From positions 10,777 to 74,776 of the forward strand of contig NCGK01000019.1 of the NCBI GenBank assembly GCA_002281735.1: DNA of 64,000 nucleotides. The letters are read 5' to 3'. Source of the DNA: Gammaproteobacteria bacterium 28-57-27. GTDB taxonomy: Bacteria; Pseudomonadota; Gammaproteobacteria; Halothiobacillales; Halothiobacillaceae. Below, piece after piece: positions 37,242-47,461 of the stretch; the first letter of the stretch is position 1; each line of letters opens with the position of its first letter. The position numbers were made by a program, and so were the translations under genes. Below the pieces are notes generated by a model. That model saw only the letters and a program-made list of their open reading frames with translations. It was not told where the DNA came from and did not search any database.

Positions 37242-38393
37242 ATGCAGCACAAACCATCCGCCGCCGACGACGCTGCCACACCGGCTCGCCTGAACTGGCA
37301 GGCGGCGTCTGGTGCGCTGCAAGCGTCTGGCGATTGGAGTGCGCGCAGCTGCGGAGAACTGGCTGAACGCCTAGCCAAAGCACTGGCATCGATTCCGGCT
37401 GGGCAGGAGGGCGTGCGCCTCGATAGCCAGCAGATCACGCACATGGACACAGCGGGCGCGTTGCTGATACTGCAAATTCGCGACGCATTGCAAGCGCGCA
37501 ACATCACGCTCGACCTTTCCGCCTTGCAGACAGGGCAAACCGAGCTGCTTGAACTGGTGCAGCGCATCGGCGACCTGTCCCCTCCCGCCGAACCACCTGG
37601 CCTCAATCCGCTGGAGTCCATCGGCAAGAGCGCACTGGATATCCTGTCTAACGCTTACGACACCATGGTCTTCATCGGAGAAGTGGTCACCCGCACCATC
37701 CCGCTGCTCATCCAACCCTGGCGCCTGCGCTGGGGAGCAATTATCAACGAAATTCAGGCCGCCGGTACGCGCTCAATACCGATTGTCGCCCTACTCACCT
37801 TTCTGATCGGCGTGGTCATCGCCTACCAGTCAGGAATCACCATGCAGCAATACGGCGCCACCGTGTTCCTGCCCGATATGATCGGCATTATCACCCTGCG
37901 CGAAATGGCACCGCTGATCACGGCCATTGTGGTCGCGGGTCGTACAGGATCAAGCTATGCCGCCGCGATTGGCACCATGAAAGTGACCCAGGAAGTCGAT
38001 GCCCTGCGCTCGCTGGCGATTTCACCGATTGAGATGCTGATCATTCCACGCGTTCTGGCGCTGTCCATCGCCCTGCCTTTGCTGACTGTCATGGCCATGG
38101 CGACCGGACTGTACGGCGGCATTCTGGTCGCAAACCAGATCTTTGGGCTGGATATGAGTGTGGCCTTGCAGCGCCTCGGTGCTCTGACGCACTCGCATTT
38201 CTGGGTAGGCATGATCAAGGCACCGATTTTTGCACTCGCCATCGCCATGATCGGCTGTCACGAGGGTATGAAGGTGCGCGGCAGTGCCGCCGATGTTGGG
38301 CGCTCCACCACTGCCAGCGTAGTGCAGGCCATTTTCTGGGTCATCGTCATTGATGCCGTATTTGCCGTCCTGTTCAGCAAACTTAGCCTATGA
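37242..38393 (+). CDS. mlaE: MlaE-family permease with N-terminal STAS domain
   Basis: MDTAGA; LREMAPLITAIVVAGRTGS; EVDALRSL. Confidence 0.9.
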   Translation: MQHKPSAADDAATPARLNWQAASGALQASGDWSARSCGELAERLAKALASIPAGQEGVRLDSQQITHMDTAGALLILQIRDALQARNITLDLSALQTGQTELLELVQRIGDLSPPAEPPGLNPLESIGKSALDILSNAYDTMVFIGEVVTRTIPLLIQPWRLRWGAIINEIQAAGTRSIPIVALLTFLIGVVIAYQSGITMQQYGATVFLPDMIGIITLREMAPLITAIVVAGRTGSSYAAAIGTMKVTQEVDALRSLAISPIEMLIIPRVLALSIALPLLTVMAMATGLYGGILVANQIFGLDMSVALQRLGALTHSHFWVGMIKAPIFALAIAMIGCHEGMKVRGSAADVGRSTTASVVQAIFWVIVIDAVFAVLFSKLSL

Positions 38394-39175
38394 ACCACGT
38401 CACCCTTGATCTTGCCCCTGCCCAAGAGCAGCCTCTGGTAATCGAAGTACACGGTTTATGCAACCGCTTCGGCAGCAATACCGTGCATGAAAATCTCGAT
38501 CTGTGTGTGAGCAAAGGCTCGGTGATCGCCCTGGTCGGCGGCAGCGGCAGCGGCAAGACCGTACTGCTCAACAACCTCGTCCTGCTGCGTCCGCCAACCA
38601 GCGGCAGCATCCGCCTGCTTGGTCAGGACACAGCCACCCTAAGCCACAGCGAACGTCAGGCTTTGCAGTTACGCCTGGGGCTGATGTTCCAGATGGGTGC
38701 GCTGTTCACCTCGCTGAGCGTGCTGGAAAACGTCTGCCTGCCACTGATTGAGCACACCGAGCTACCCAAAACGGTGCGTGAAGAACTGGCGATGCTGAAA
38801 ATCCGCCTGGCCGGTCTGCCCGCCGATGCCGCACACAAGCGCCCGAATGAACTGTCCGGCGGCATGATCAAACGCTCCGCTCTGGCACGCGCTTTGGCGC
38901 TTGACCCCGAGATCCTGTTTCTCGACGAACCCACCTCCGGACTGGATCCGGTCGGCGCACGCGCATTCGATACACTGGTCAATGAATTGCGCGACCTGTT
39001 GGGTATCACCGTGTTCCAGATCACCCACGACCTCGACTCCATCCTGCATGGCGTGGACAAGGTGGCCTTTCTCGCCCGCAAACGCGTGCTCGCCTTCGCT
39101 CCCGCCGCCGAACTGGTACAGAGCAAGGAGCCTGAGCTGGTGGAATACTTCAATACACGCACGACACAGGAATAA
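38390..39175 (+). CDS. mlaF: MlaF-family ABC ATPase
   Basis: GGSGSGKT; LSGGMIKR; FLDEPTSGLDP. Confidence 0.9.
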   Translation: MNHVTLDLAPAQEQPLVIEVHGLCNRFGSNTVHENLDLCVSKGSVIALVGGSGSGKTVLLNNLVLLRPPTSGSIRLLGQDTATLSHSERQALQLRLGLMFQMGALFTSLSVLENVCLPLIEHTELPKTVREELAMLKIRLAGLPADAAHKRPNELSGGMIKRSALARALALDPEILFLDEPTSGLDPVGARAFDTLVNELRDLLGITVFQITHDLDSILHGVDKVAFLARKRVLAFAPAAELVQSKEPELVEYFNTRTTQE

Positions 39176-39178
39176 CCC

Positions 39179-40123
39179 ATGGAAACCCGAGTCGCCTATG
39201 CCGCCGTTGGCGCTTTTATCCTCATTCTTTCGGGCTTGTTTGTCGCACTCGCACTCTGGCTGGGCAGCGGATTCAGCCAGACGGTCTACAGCCAATACCA
39301 GGTTCTTACGCGCGACTCCGTGTCGGGCTTAAGCGTGGGCAGCCCGGTCAAATACCTCGGCGTTCAGGTTGGCACGGTCAATGACATTGAGCTCGCCAAC
39401 GCCGAGCAGGTACGAGTTATCCTGGATATCGAAAAATCCACCCCGATCAAGGTCGATACCTTCGCCACCCTCGCATCACAGGGGGTTACCGGGCTATCAC
39501 TGATTGAGCTCTCTGGCGGCACAAGCAATGCCCCTATGCTCACCGCCGATCCGGCAACAGACGAGCTGCCGACCATCGCTACTCGTCCCTCGTTGCTGCG
39601 TCGCCTGGATGTCGCAGTGAACCGCACGCTGGACAGCGTCGATCAGATCGCAGGACAGGTCAAGGCCGTGCTCAATGACGAAAACCAGGCCGCACTCGCC
39701 AAAACCCTCAACAATCTGGCGCTGGTCAGCGAAACCATGGCGCAAGAACGCGCTCAGATTACTCGGCTTCTTAACAACAGCGTGCGCATGACCGCCTCGG
39801 CTGACCAAGCCCTGGCACAGGCTCCGGCAGTCATGAGTGAGCTCCACAAAACCTTGATCGACGTGCGTCGCATGACTGCGAGCTTTGAACAAACCAGCAA
39901 GAGTTTCGGCAAGCTGAGTGACAACTTGCAGGCTGCCACCAGCCAAACCAAAGAGGAAATTCAGCTTATGCGCCGCAGCGTCCAGCCGCAAATTAACGCC
40001 CTGCTCAGCCAATCCACCTCGACCACACGCTCATTGGAAACCCTCGCCAATGAAATCAAACATGACCCATCCAGCCTGATCCGTGGCGCACCGGTACAGC
40101 AACCGGGGCCTGGTGAACGCTAA
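39179..40123 (+). CDS. mlaD: MlaD/MCE-family protein
   Basis: N-terminal TM; VSGLSVGSPVKYLGVQVGTV; long helical tail. Confidence 0.88.
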   Translation: METRVAYAAVGAFILILSGLFVALALWLGSGFSQTVYSQYQVLTRDSVSGLSVGSPVKYLGVQVGTVNDIELANAEQVRVILDIEKSTPIKVDTFATLASQGVTGLSLIELSGGTSNAPMLTADPATDELPTIATRPSLLRRLDVAVNRTLDSVDQIAGQVKAVLNDENQAALAKTLNNLALVSETMAQERAQITRLLNNSVRMTASADQALAQAPAVMSELHKTLIDVRRMTASFEQTSKSFGKLSDNLQAATSQTKEEIQLMRRSVQPQINALLSQSTSTTRSLETLANEIKHDPSSLIRGAPVQQPGPGER

Positions 40124-40129
40124 GTAGAT

Positions 40130-40278
40130 GCTGATTTATTCCATCCATGGAATAAATCAGCTCGCTCATCGCGGCACCTGTCCGCGATAGCTCTCATGAA
40201 TCAAAGACTTACGTCTTTGTTCATGTTGGGGCATCCTGCCCCAAGCGGGAAACACTGAATAAATCAGCGTTTCCCTAG
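40130..40278. mobile_element. MITE-like palindromic element
   Basis: GCTGATTTATTC...GAATAAATCAGC-GTTTCCCTAG with several internal hairpins. Confidence 0.65.
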
Positions 40279-40868
40279 GTTCACTGCTCACACCACACGC
40301 AGCCCCCCTCACCTACCGCCTGAATTCCGAAAACACAACGCTAGTGAGCCCCCCTCTTGCGCGCTTCCCCCTCACCATCCACGTTGCCCCTCCTCTGAGC
40401 GAAGCCGGTTTCAACACCAGCGCCATTGCCTATCGCCAGCAGCCCTACCGTCTCGACTACTACACCCAAAGCCGCTGGATCGATCAACCTGCCATCATGC
40501 TCGGCGAGCAAATCACTCTTGCACTGGAACAAAGCGGTGCCTACCGCGTGGTACTTGCCCCCAACGTTACGCTGCCCAGTGAACTGCGCCTCGTGACTGA
40601 GCTGATGACGCTGGAGCAGGTTTTCAGCGAAAACGGTACGCTGCCAAGCGGCGTCAGCAATGTGCGCTTTGCCCTGCGCATGCAGCTTATCGATGCCCGT
40701 AACAGCACTATCCTCGCCTCCGGGCGCATTGATCTCAGCCATGCCGCACCCAGCGCCGATGCACAGGGTGCTGTGAACGCGGCCAACAGCGCCCTGCGCG
40801 AAGCCATGCCAAAAATCGTGCAGTTCTGCATCGAAAACACCCCAAAAACCTTGAGCCCGGAGCGGTAA
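40278..40868 (+). pseudogene. PqiC-like ABC auxiliary lipoprotein lacking signal peptide and lipobox Cys
   Basis: Frame GSLLTPHAAPLTYRL...RLDYYTQSRWIDQP starts at the element end; in-frame TAA at 40260; first start is GTG 40344. Confidence 0.65.
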
Positions 40869-40978
40869 GAGCCTGTTCACGACCTCGCTGAATGGCGCGG
40901 CGTCCCCACGGCAGGGCGTGAATTTGGTAGCATGGGCGCACCAATAGGTCTTTTCGATTCACTCATGCGAACCATGCC

Positions 40979-41461
40979 ATGCCGATGACCGCCCCCACCA
41001 GCTCGAATGCACTTTGGGACGATGCCGAACGCCGCGTCGAAACCTATTTACGCGCCATGCTTGTTCCTGCTGCCATCCGTCAAGAGATGGTGAGCACCAT
41101 CATTGAACGCGCCCGCGCGCATAGTGACGAACCTCCGTTAGCTGCCGCCATGCGTGAGGTGCAAACGCACCTTAGCCGCCAAGTTACCCGTACCCAAGGC
41201 ATTATCCCCAGCACCCCGGCGACCGGTTCGGCAGCCTGGCGCGTCGCGGTGTGGCGGCACTCCGCATGCAGTCAATGCACCTGGCGCGCCGTGCCTTGGG
41301 GTTCGCTACGCCTCTCGCATGAAGGGCAGCAATTCAGCCTGAGCGGGATGGATGCCATGCCCATGGTGCAGCGTGCCGTGGTCGCTCCCGCACAGATTCG
41401 CCCCGCCCCGGAAGGCTTTCTTTCCCGCCTGTTGGGTCTGAACGAAGAACAGTCAAACTAA
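40979..41461 (+). CDS. Hypothetical protein upstream of opgH
   Basis: 160-aa ORF, 19 bp before opgH. Confidence 0.7.
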   Translation: MPMTAPTSSNALWDDAERRVETYLRAMLVPAAIRQEMVSTIIERARAHSDEPPLAAAMREVQTHLSRQVTRTQGIIPSTPATGSAAWRVAVWRHSACSQCTWRAVPWGSLRLSHEGQQFSLSGMDAMPMVQRAVVAPAQIRPAPEGFLSRLLGLNEEQSN

Positions 41462-41480
41462 TTCACCACCTCTGAATCCA

Positions 41481-43529
41481 ATGCGCACCACCCCCAAAGA
41501 ACTTACCGCCATCGCCTCTGATCGCCGCCTATTGCTGGTGTTACTGGTTTTAATCCCCACCTTCATCGGCGTATGGATGTTCGCCAACACCCTGCCTTTT
41601 GGCGGTGCGCACCCACTGGAAATCGCCCTACTGATTCTGTTCGGCCTACTGTTTACCTGGCTGTGGATTGGTCTTTGGACGGCCTTGATCGGCTTCATGC
41701 TGCAAATGCGCGGCAATGACTGGTTGAAAATCAGCACTCTCAACACCCCAAGCCATGGTCGCCCGACTCCGTTGGCCTCCACCGCCGTGGTCATGCCGAT
41801 CTGCAACGAAGATGCCGACGAAGTCTTCGCCCGCCTGCGCGCCACCTACCTGTCATTACAAGAGACCGGAGAGCTGGAACACTTCCGCTTTTACATTCTT
41901 TCCGACTCCAACCAGCCGGAAAAGTGGGTGGATGAAGAGCTGGCTTGGGCGCGCCTGTGCCGCGAGGTGGATGGTTTTGAAAAGATTTTCTACCGTCGTC
42001 GCCGCTATCGCGTGAAGAAAAAGAGCGGCAATATCATTGACTTCATGCGTCGCTGGGGCAAAAAACACGAATACATGATCGTGCTTGATGCCGACAGCGT
42101 GATGGGCGGCGCAAGCATGGTGCACATGGTGCAGGCCATGGAGCGCAACCTGCACGTCGGCATTATCCAGACCCTACCTGTCAGCCAAGGGATGGACACC
42201 CTGTACGCTCGCGTGCAGCAGTTCGCCGGACGCCTTTACTCGCCGATGTTTGCCGCTGGTCTCGCCTGGTGGTGGCTGGGCGATGGTCAATACTGGGGAC
42301 ATAACGTCATCATCCGCATTGCGCCATTCATGAACCACTGCAACCTGCCACGCATGCCCGGCATCAAGCCTTTTGGCGGTGAAATTCTCAGCCACGACTT
42401 CGTGGAGGCCGCGCTGATGAACCGCGCAGGCTATCAAGTCTGGGTGAGCTACGACTTGCCCGGAAGCTGGGAAGAGTACCCGCCCAGCCTGACTGACGAT
42501 CTTAAACGCGACCGCCGCTGGTGCCAGGGCAACCTGCAACACGGCGGGGTGATGATTGCCGAAGGCCTGCCGCTGATGCAGCGTTTCCTGTTGGTCAACG
42601 GCATCATGAGCTACACCGGTTCGCTGCTCTGGTTCATGCTGCTTATTCTGACCACGATACTGGCATGGATTGCCCCGCCTGGAGCCGAAGTGGCTCTGGA
42701 GCAGGCCATACAACTGCTCTGGATCACCCTCGGACTACTATTCCTGCCCAAAATCCTTAGCCTGCTCAATGCACTGCGTGATAAAGAGCGCTCCGCAAGT
42801 TTTGGTGGTCGCGTGGGTCTAAGCCTGAGCGTGCTGGCAGAAACGCTCTTGTCCGCGCTCTCCGCGCCGGTGCGCATGGTGTTTCATAGCCGTTTCATCA
42901 TCCTCACCCTGATGAACAAAACCGTCGCTTGGGGCGCGCAGCAACGCGGTGAATTTGTCATGAGCTGGCTGGAGGCAGCACGCAACTACGCGGGCACAAC
43001 CCTCATCGGCCTCGTCTGGGGCGTGATCGCCTGGTACGCCAGCCCGGTGTTCTTCGCTTGGCTCTCGCCGGTGCTGCTGGGTTTAGTCCTGTCCATTCCG
43101 TTGGCTCGTCTGACCAGTCTGGGCACACTGGGGCGCGCCGCACGTCATCGCAAATTATTCGTCACCCCGGAAGAAATCCAGCTGCCCGCCGAGCTGGAAG
43201 AGTACCGCAAGGGGCTCAAACTCTACGCGGATGAGCGCGCCGCATTGGGCGAGGTTGATCCCTTCGTGCTCGCCGTGGTTGAGCCGATGGCCAACGCTAT
43301 TCATACCGCCTTCCTGCGCCCACGCCGCAGTCAGCCGGAAAGCGTGCGCCTGCGCCGCGCCTGGATGCAGGACAAGGCTTTGCATGAAGGGCCGGCGGAA
43401 CTGACCTCGGCCGAACGTGCCGAGTTGTTGAATGACCTGGACGCGATGCACAACCTGCATCAAAAAGTCTGGTCGCTGCCCGAAGTCAGCTTCAAGAAAT
43501 ACTGGCCTGTGCCAGGCATCAACGCATGA
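41481..43529 (+). CDS. opgH: Glucans biosynthesis glucosyltransferase H
   Basis: VMPICNED; KSGNI; VLDADS; YWGHN; LSHDFVEA; RDRRWCQGNLQH. Confidence 0.95.
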   Translation: MRTTPKELTAIASDRRLLLVLLVLIPTFIGVWMFANTLPFGGAHPLEIALLILFGLLFTWLWIGLWTALIGFMLQMRGNDWLKISTLNTPSHGRPTPLASTAVVMPICNEDADEVFARLRATYLSLQETGELEHFRFYILSDSNQPEKWVDEELAWARLCREVDGFEKIFYRRRRYRVKKKSGNIIDFMRRWGKKHEYMIVLDADSVMGGASMVHMVQAMERNLHVGIIQTLPVSQGMDTLYARVQQFAGRLYSPMFAAGLAWWWLGDGQYWGHNVIIRIAPFMNHCNLPRMPGIKPFGGEILSHDFVEAALMNRAGYQVWVSYDLPGSWEEYPPSLTDDLKRDRRWCQGNLQHGGVMIAEGLPLMQRFLLVNGIMSYTGSLLWFMLLILTTILAWIAPPGAEVALEQAIQLLWITLGLLFLPKILSLLNALRDKERSASFGGRVGLSLSVLAETLLSALSAPVRMVFHSRFIILTLMNKTVAWGAQQRGEFVMSWLEAARNYAGTTLIGLVWGVIAWYASPVFFAWLSPVLLGLVLSIPLARLTSLGTLGRAARHRKLFVTPEEIQLPAELEEYRKGLKLYADERAALGEVDPFVLAVVEPMANAIHTAFLRPRRSQPESVRLRRAWMQDKALHEGPAELTSAERAELLNDLDAMHNLHQKVWSLPEVSFKKYWPVPGINA

Positions 43530-43539
43530 GTGCCGCACA

Positions 43540-45312
43540 ATGAAACCCGCTCAGGCCAAGGCCACGCAATACCTGCATTTTCCCTTGGCCACCGCCTTGC
43601 GCATCAGCCTGCGCAACTACAGCCAAAAAGACCTGATCGCCGACCTGATGGCGGGCATGACCGTCGGCATGTTAGCCATTCCGCTGGCTATGGCACTGGC
43701 GATTGCGATTGATGTGCCACCGCAGCACGGCCTGTACACCGCCCTGATTGCCGGGGCGGTGATTGCCCTCGCCGGCGGCTCGCGTTTCAGCGTGTCTGGC
43801 CCGACCGCCGCCTTTATCGTGCTACTGATTCCGATTGTGCACAGCTATGGCCTGGGCGGTCTGCTGATGGCCACCATGCTCACCGGGCTGATTTTGATCG
43901 GCATGGGCTTGTTGCGACTGGGGCAGTTGATCCGCTACATTCCCTACCCGGTCGTCCTGGGCTTTACCGCCGGCATCGGCGTGGTGATTGCTTTTCTGCA
44001 AATCAAGGACTTGCTCGGCCTGCACACGCCGGAGCAGATGCCTGCACATTTCATCGAACGCCTCGAAGTGCTGTTTGCGGCCATCCCCAGCGCACAATGG
44101 CCGGATGCGCTGGTCGGATTGATGACCCTTGGACTGCTGCTCACCTGGGATCGTCTCAACACCCCGCTACCGCGCTACCTCGCCGCGCTGATCCTGATCA
44201 GCATGTTTGCGTTCGGCCTGCACCTGGTGCTGCCAGGCTTTAACCCGATCACCGTTGGCGATAACTTCCACTGGACAATGCACGGACAAAGTGGCAACGG
44301 CATCCCTCCTTTCCTGCCGCCCTTCGCCATGCCCTGGGACATGCCTAACGCCCAAGGCGAAGCGATTGGATTTTCATGGACATTGCTGCGCGACCTGCTC
44401 ATGCCCGCGCTGACCCTGGCCATGCTGGGCGCGATTGAATCCCTGCTCTGTGCTGTGGTGGCGGATGGCATGACCCACACCCGGCATGACCCGGATGCCG
44501 AGCTGGTCGGTCAGGGCATCGGCAATCTGCTGGTGCCGTTTTTCGGCGGCATTACCGCCACCGCCGCCATTGCACGCACGGCCGCCAATATCCGATCCGG
44601 TGCGGTCTCGCCGCTGGCCGCCGTGTTCAATGCGCTGATGGTGCTGCTGGCACTGGTGATTTTTGCCCCGCTGCTGGCGCATGTTCCGATGGCCACCCTG
44701 GCCGCCATGCTGCTGATTGTCGCCTGGGGTTTAAGCGAAGCGCCGCATTTCGTGCGCACCCTGCGCGTGGCGCCGCGCACTGATGTGGCTATTCTTTTGG
44801 CCTGTTTCGGCCTGACCATTTTTGTGGACATGGTGGCCGCCGTGGGCGTGGGCATGGTGCTGGCCGCGTTCGTATTCATGCACCAGATGGCCAGCCTGAC
44901 CGCGGTGGAGCGCCGGGAGGATGATGAAAACATGCCCTTCAAACTGCCGGAATGGGCCTTGTTTTATGAGTTTCACGGCCCGCTGTTTTTTGGTGCGGCG
45001 GAACGCGCCATCCTCACGCTGGAAGTTGCCATGCGCGAGCACGATCTAAAAACCGTGCTGATTCTCGACTTCACCCATGTCCCCACCATCGACATGAGCG
45101 GCATTCACGCGCTTGAAACAGCCTTCCAGCATCTTAATACCCAAGGCATTGGCATTGTGCTGAGCGGGATGCACCCCGCCATTTACCGCCACTTGCGCAA
45201 GGCCGGGCTTGAAGATGTACAGGGGCGCATCATGTTCTCGACCGATGCCACGCAAACCGCTCTGGCTGCTGCCGAGTTGCGCCAATATCAACGTGACCAA
45301 GAGGCTCACTGA
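43540..45312 (+). CDS. dauA: SulP-family transporter, DauA-like
   Basis: AIPLAMALA; PPQHGLYT; GPTAAF; GAIESLLCAVVAD; STAS domain. Confidence 0.85.
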   Translation: MKPAQAKATQYLHFPLATALRISLRNYSQKDLIADLMAGMTVGMLAIPLAMALAIAIDVPPQHGLYTALIAGAVIALAGGSRFSVSGPTAAFIVLLIPIVHSYGLGGLLMATMLTGLILIGMGLLRLGQLIRYIPYPVVLGFTAGIGVVIAFLQIKDLLGLHTPEQMPAHFIERLEVLFAAIPSAQWPDALVGLMTLGLLLTWDRLNTPLPRYLAALILISMFAFGLHLVLPGFNPITVGDNFHWTMHGQSGNGIPPFLPPFAMPWDMPNAQGEAIGFSWTLLRDLLMPALTLAMLGAIESLLCAVVADGMTHTRHDPDAELVGQGIGNLLVPFFGGITATAAIARTAANIRSGAVSPLAAVFNALMVLLALVIFAPLLAHVPMATLAAMLLIVAWGLSEAPHFVRTLRVAPRTDVAILLACFGLTIFVDMVAAVGVGMVLAAFVFMHQMASLTAVERREDDENMPFKLPEWALFYEFHGPLFFGAAERAILTLEVAMREHDLKTVLILDFTHVPTIDMSGIHALETAFQHLNTQGIGIVLSGMHPAIYRHLRKAGLEDVQGRIMFSTDATQTALAAAELRQYQRDQEAH

Positions 45313-45313
45313 C

Positions 45314-45826
45314 ATGGAACTGATCCTGATTCGCCACGGCCAGGCCGAGGATGCTGCCGAATGGCACGCTGACAGCGGGCGCAGCGACGACGAGCGCCCA
45401 CTAACCGACGAGGGCATGAAACGCATGCGCCGCGCCTTTCGCGGCCTGCGCCGCATTCTGGAAACCCCCGATCAAGTCTTCGTCAGCCCGCTGACTCGTG
45501 CACAACAAACCGCCGAGCTGATGCGCGAGGCCTACCTTGATCTTCCGCTGCAAACGATCCCCACTCTGCGCCCGGAAGACGCCCCGCAAGACACCCTGCA
45601 ATGGCTCACTGACAACCTCCCCAAAAAAGCATTGCGCATTGCCCTGGTCGGTCACGAACCGCATCTTTCTTCTTTGCTGGCGCTATTAACGCTGGGCGAC
45701 ACAGATGGTGGCAGCCTGCCACTCAAGAAAGGCGGTGTCGCCATTTTAGATCTCAGCCAACTCTGCGCCGGTGCAGCTGAATTGCAAGCTCTCATCCCAC
45801 CGCGTGTTCTGCGCGCCTTGGGATAA
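45314..45826 (+). CDS. sixA: Phosphohistidine phosphatase SixA
   Basis: LIRHGQAE; RPLTDEG; SPLTRAQQT; LVGHEP. Confidence 0.9.
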   Translation: MELILIRHGQAEDAAEWHADSGRSDDERPLTDEGMKRMRRAFRGLRRILETPDQVFVSPLTRAQQTAELMREAYLDLPLQTIPTLRPEDAPQDTLQWLTDNLPKKALRIALVGHEPHLSSLLALLTLGDTDGGSLPLKKGGVAILDLSQLCAGAAELQALIPPRVLRALG

Positions 45827-45908
45827 GCAGCCCGTTCGGTTTAATCCGACAAGCTGCTAGGCGAAACGCTTATAATCTGCGCACTTTTGAATTCAGGATA
45901 CGCACTGC

Positions 45909-47405
45909 ATGCCGCTTCAAAGCTACGATCTCGCCGCGATTGACTTGGGCTCCAACAGCTTTCACATGGTCATTATGCGTATTCAGGATGGCCAGCCAAT
46001 TATCCTCGACCGCATCAAAGAGATGGTACGTCTGGGCGATGGATTAGGAGAGAACGGCGAACTCAAGCCGGTTGCAGCGGAACGTGCGCTGGCCTGTCTG
46101 AAGCGTTTTGGTCAGCGTTTGCACGATATGCCGCTCGGCAGCGTGCGTGCGGTCGGCACCAATACCCTGCGCCGCGCCAAAAGCTCCGGCGAGTTTATTG
46201 CGCAGGCGGAGGAGGCTCTTGGCCACCCCATTGAAGTCATTGCCGGGCGCGAAGAAGCTCGCCTGATTTATCTTGGCGTAGCACACACCGACCTTGACAC
46301 CGGCGAGCGTCGCTTGGTGATCGACATCGGCGGCGGCAGCACCGAGGTCATCGTAGGCCTGGGTCACACGGCAGAATTCATGGAAAGTATGCCGCTCGGT
46401 TGCGTCAGCATTACCCAAGGCTTTTTTGTCGATGGCGTGCTCACCCGCGAAACACTCAAGCGCGCTGAAAATGAAGCGCGCCTGGAAACCCGACCTTACG
46501 AATACGCCTTCCGTCATCATCGTTGGCAGCGCGCGGTCGGCTCCTCCGGTAGCGCCAAAGCTTTAGCGAGTGTCTGCCAACAACAGGGCTGGTGTGAGGC
46601 CGGCACGCTGACCTCGGACGGCATGGAGCGTATTCGCAAGGCCATTATCAAAGCCGGACATATCGACAATTTGCAGCTTTTGGGTTTAAGCGACGAGCGC
46701 CGCCCGGTGTTTGTCGGTGGTTATGTGGTCATGCAAGCCGTGTTTGATGCCTTCAACATCAAGACGATGCATATTTCCGAAGGTGCGCTGCGCGAAGGTT
46801 TAATTTACGAACGCCTGGATCGCGAGCGCGGTATCGATGTAAGCAGCACCACGCTAGAGCGCTTGCAGCGCGACTTCCGTATTGATCGAGCCCATGCCAT
46901 GCGCGTGGCAGAAACCGCGCAGCAGTTTTTCGATCAGACCAGCGCCATGTGGTCGCTGGAACGCGAACCTGACGGTACCCTGCTGCGCCAAGCGGCCTTG
47001 CTGCACGAAATCGGTATGATGATCGCCCACAACGCTTACCACGAGCATGCGGCTTACATCGTCAACCACGCCGACATGCCAGGCTTTAGTCTCCCCGAAC
47101 AACAACGTCTTGCCAGTCTCGTGCGCGGGCATCGTCGCCGCCTGCGCCGCAACTGGTTCAACGAGCAGCCGAGCGACACCCGCCTGAGCAATCTGCGTCT
47201 TTTGGTACTGCTACGCCTTGCCGTGACTTTTCACCGCACGCGCTCACCGCGCAGCAACCTACCGAATATCGAGATTCATGTCGATCAACAGAACGTCCGC
47301 TTGCGCTTCCCGCAGGGATGGTTAGAGCGCAACCCACTGACCCTCTCCGACTTACAACGCGAAGCCGACTACCTGCATCCGCATATCGCCCTGAGCGTGG
47401 AGTAG
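45909..47405 (+). CDS. ppx: Exopolyphosphatase Ppx/GppA
   Basis: IDLGSNSFH; GREEARLIY; DIGGGSTE; GALREG. Confidence 0.95.
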   Translation: MPLQSYDLAAIDLGSNSFHMVIMRIQDGQPIILDRIKEMVRLGDGLGENGELKPVAAERALACLKRFGQRLHDMPLGSVRAVGTNTLRRAKSSGEFIAQAEEALGHPIEVIAGREEARLIYLGVAHTDLDTGERRLVIDIGGGSTEVIVGLGHTAEFMESMPLGCVSITQGFFVDGVLTRETLKRAENEARLETRPYEYAFRHHRWQRAVGSSGSAKALASVCQQQGWCEAGTLTSDGMERIRKAIIKAGHIDNLQLLGLSDERRPVFVGGYVVMQAVFDAFNIKTMHISEGALREGLIYERLDRERGIDVSSTTLERLQRDFRIDRAHAMRVAETAQQFFDQTSAMWSLEREPDGTLLRQAALLHEIGMMIAHNAYHEHAAYIVNHADMPGFSLPEQQRLASLVRGHRRRLRRNWFNEQPSDTRLSNLRLLVLLRLAVTFHRTRSPRSNLPNIEIHVDQQNVRLRFPQGWLERNPLTLSDLQREADYLHPHIALSVE

Positions 47406-47461
47406 CACGTACACAAGGCTGCAAACGAAGCCTTGTGTACAACCAGCGTAATGACGCGGAA

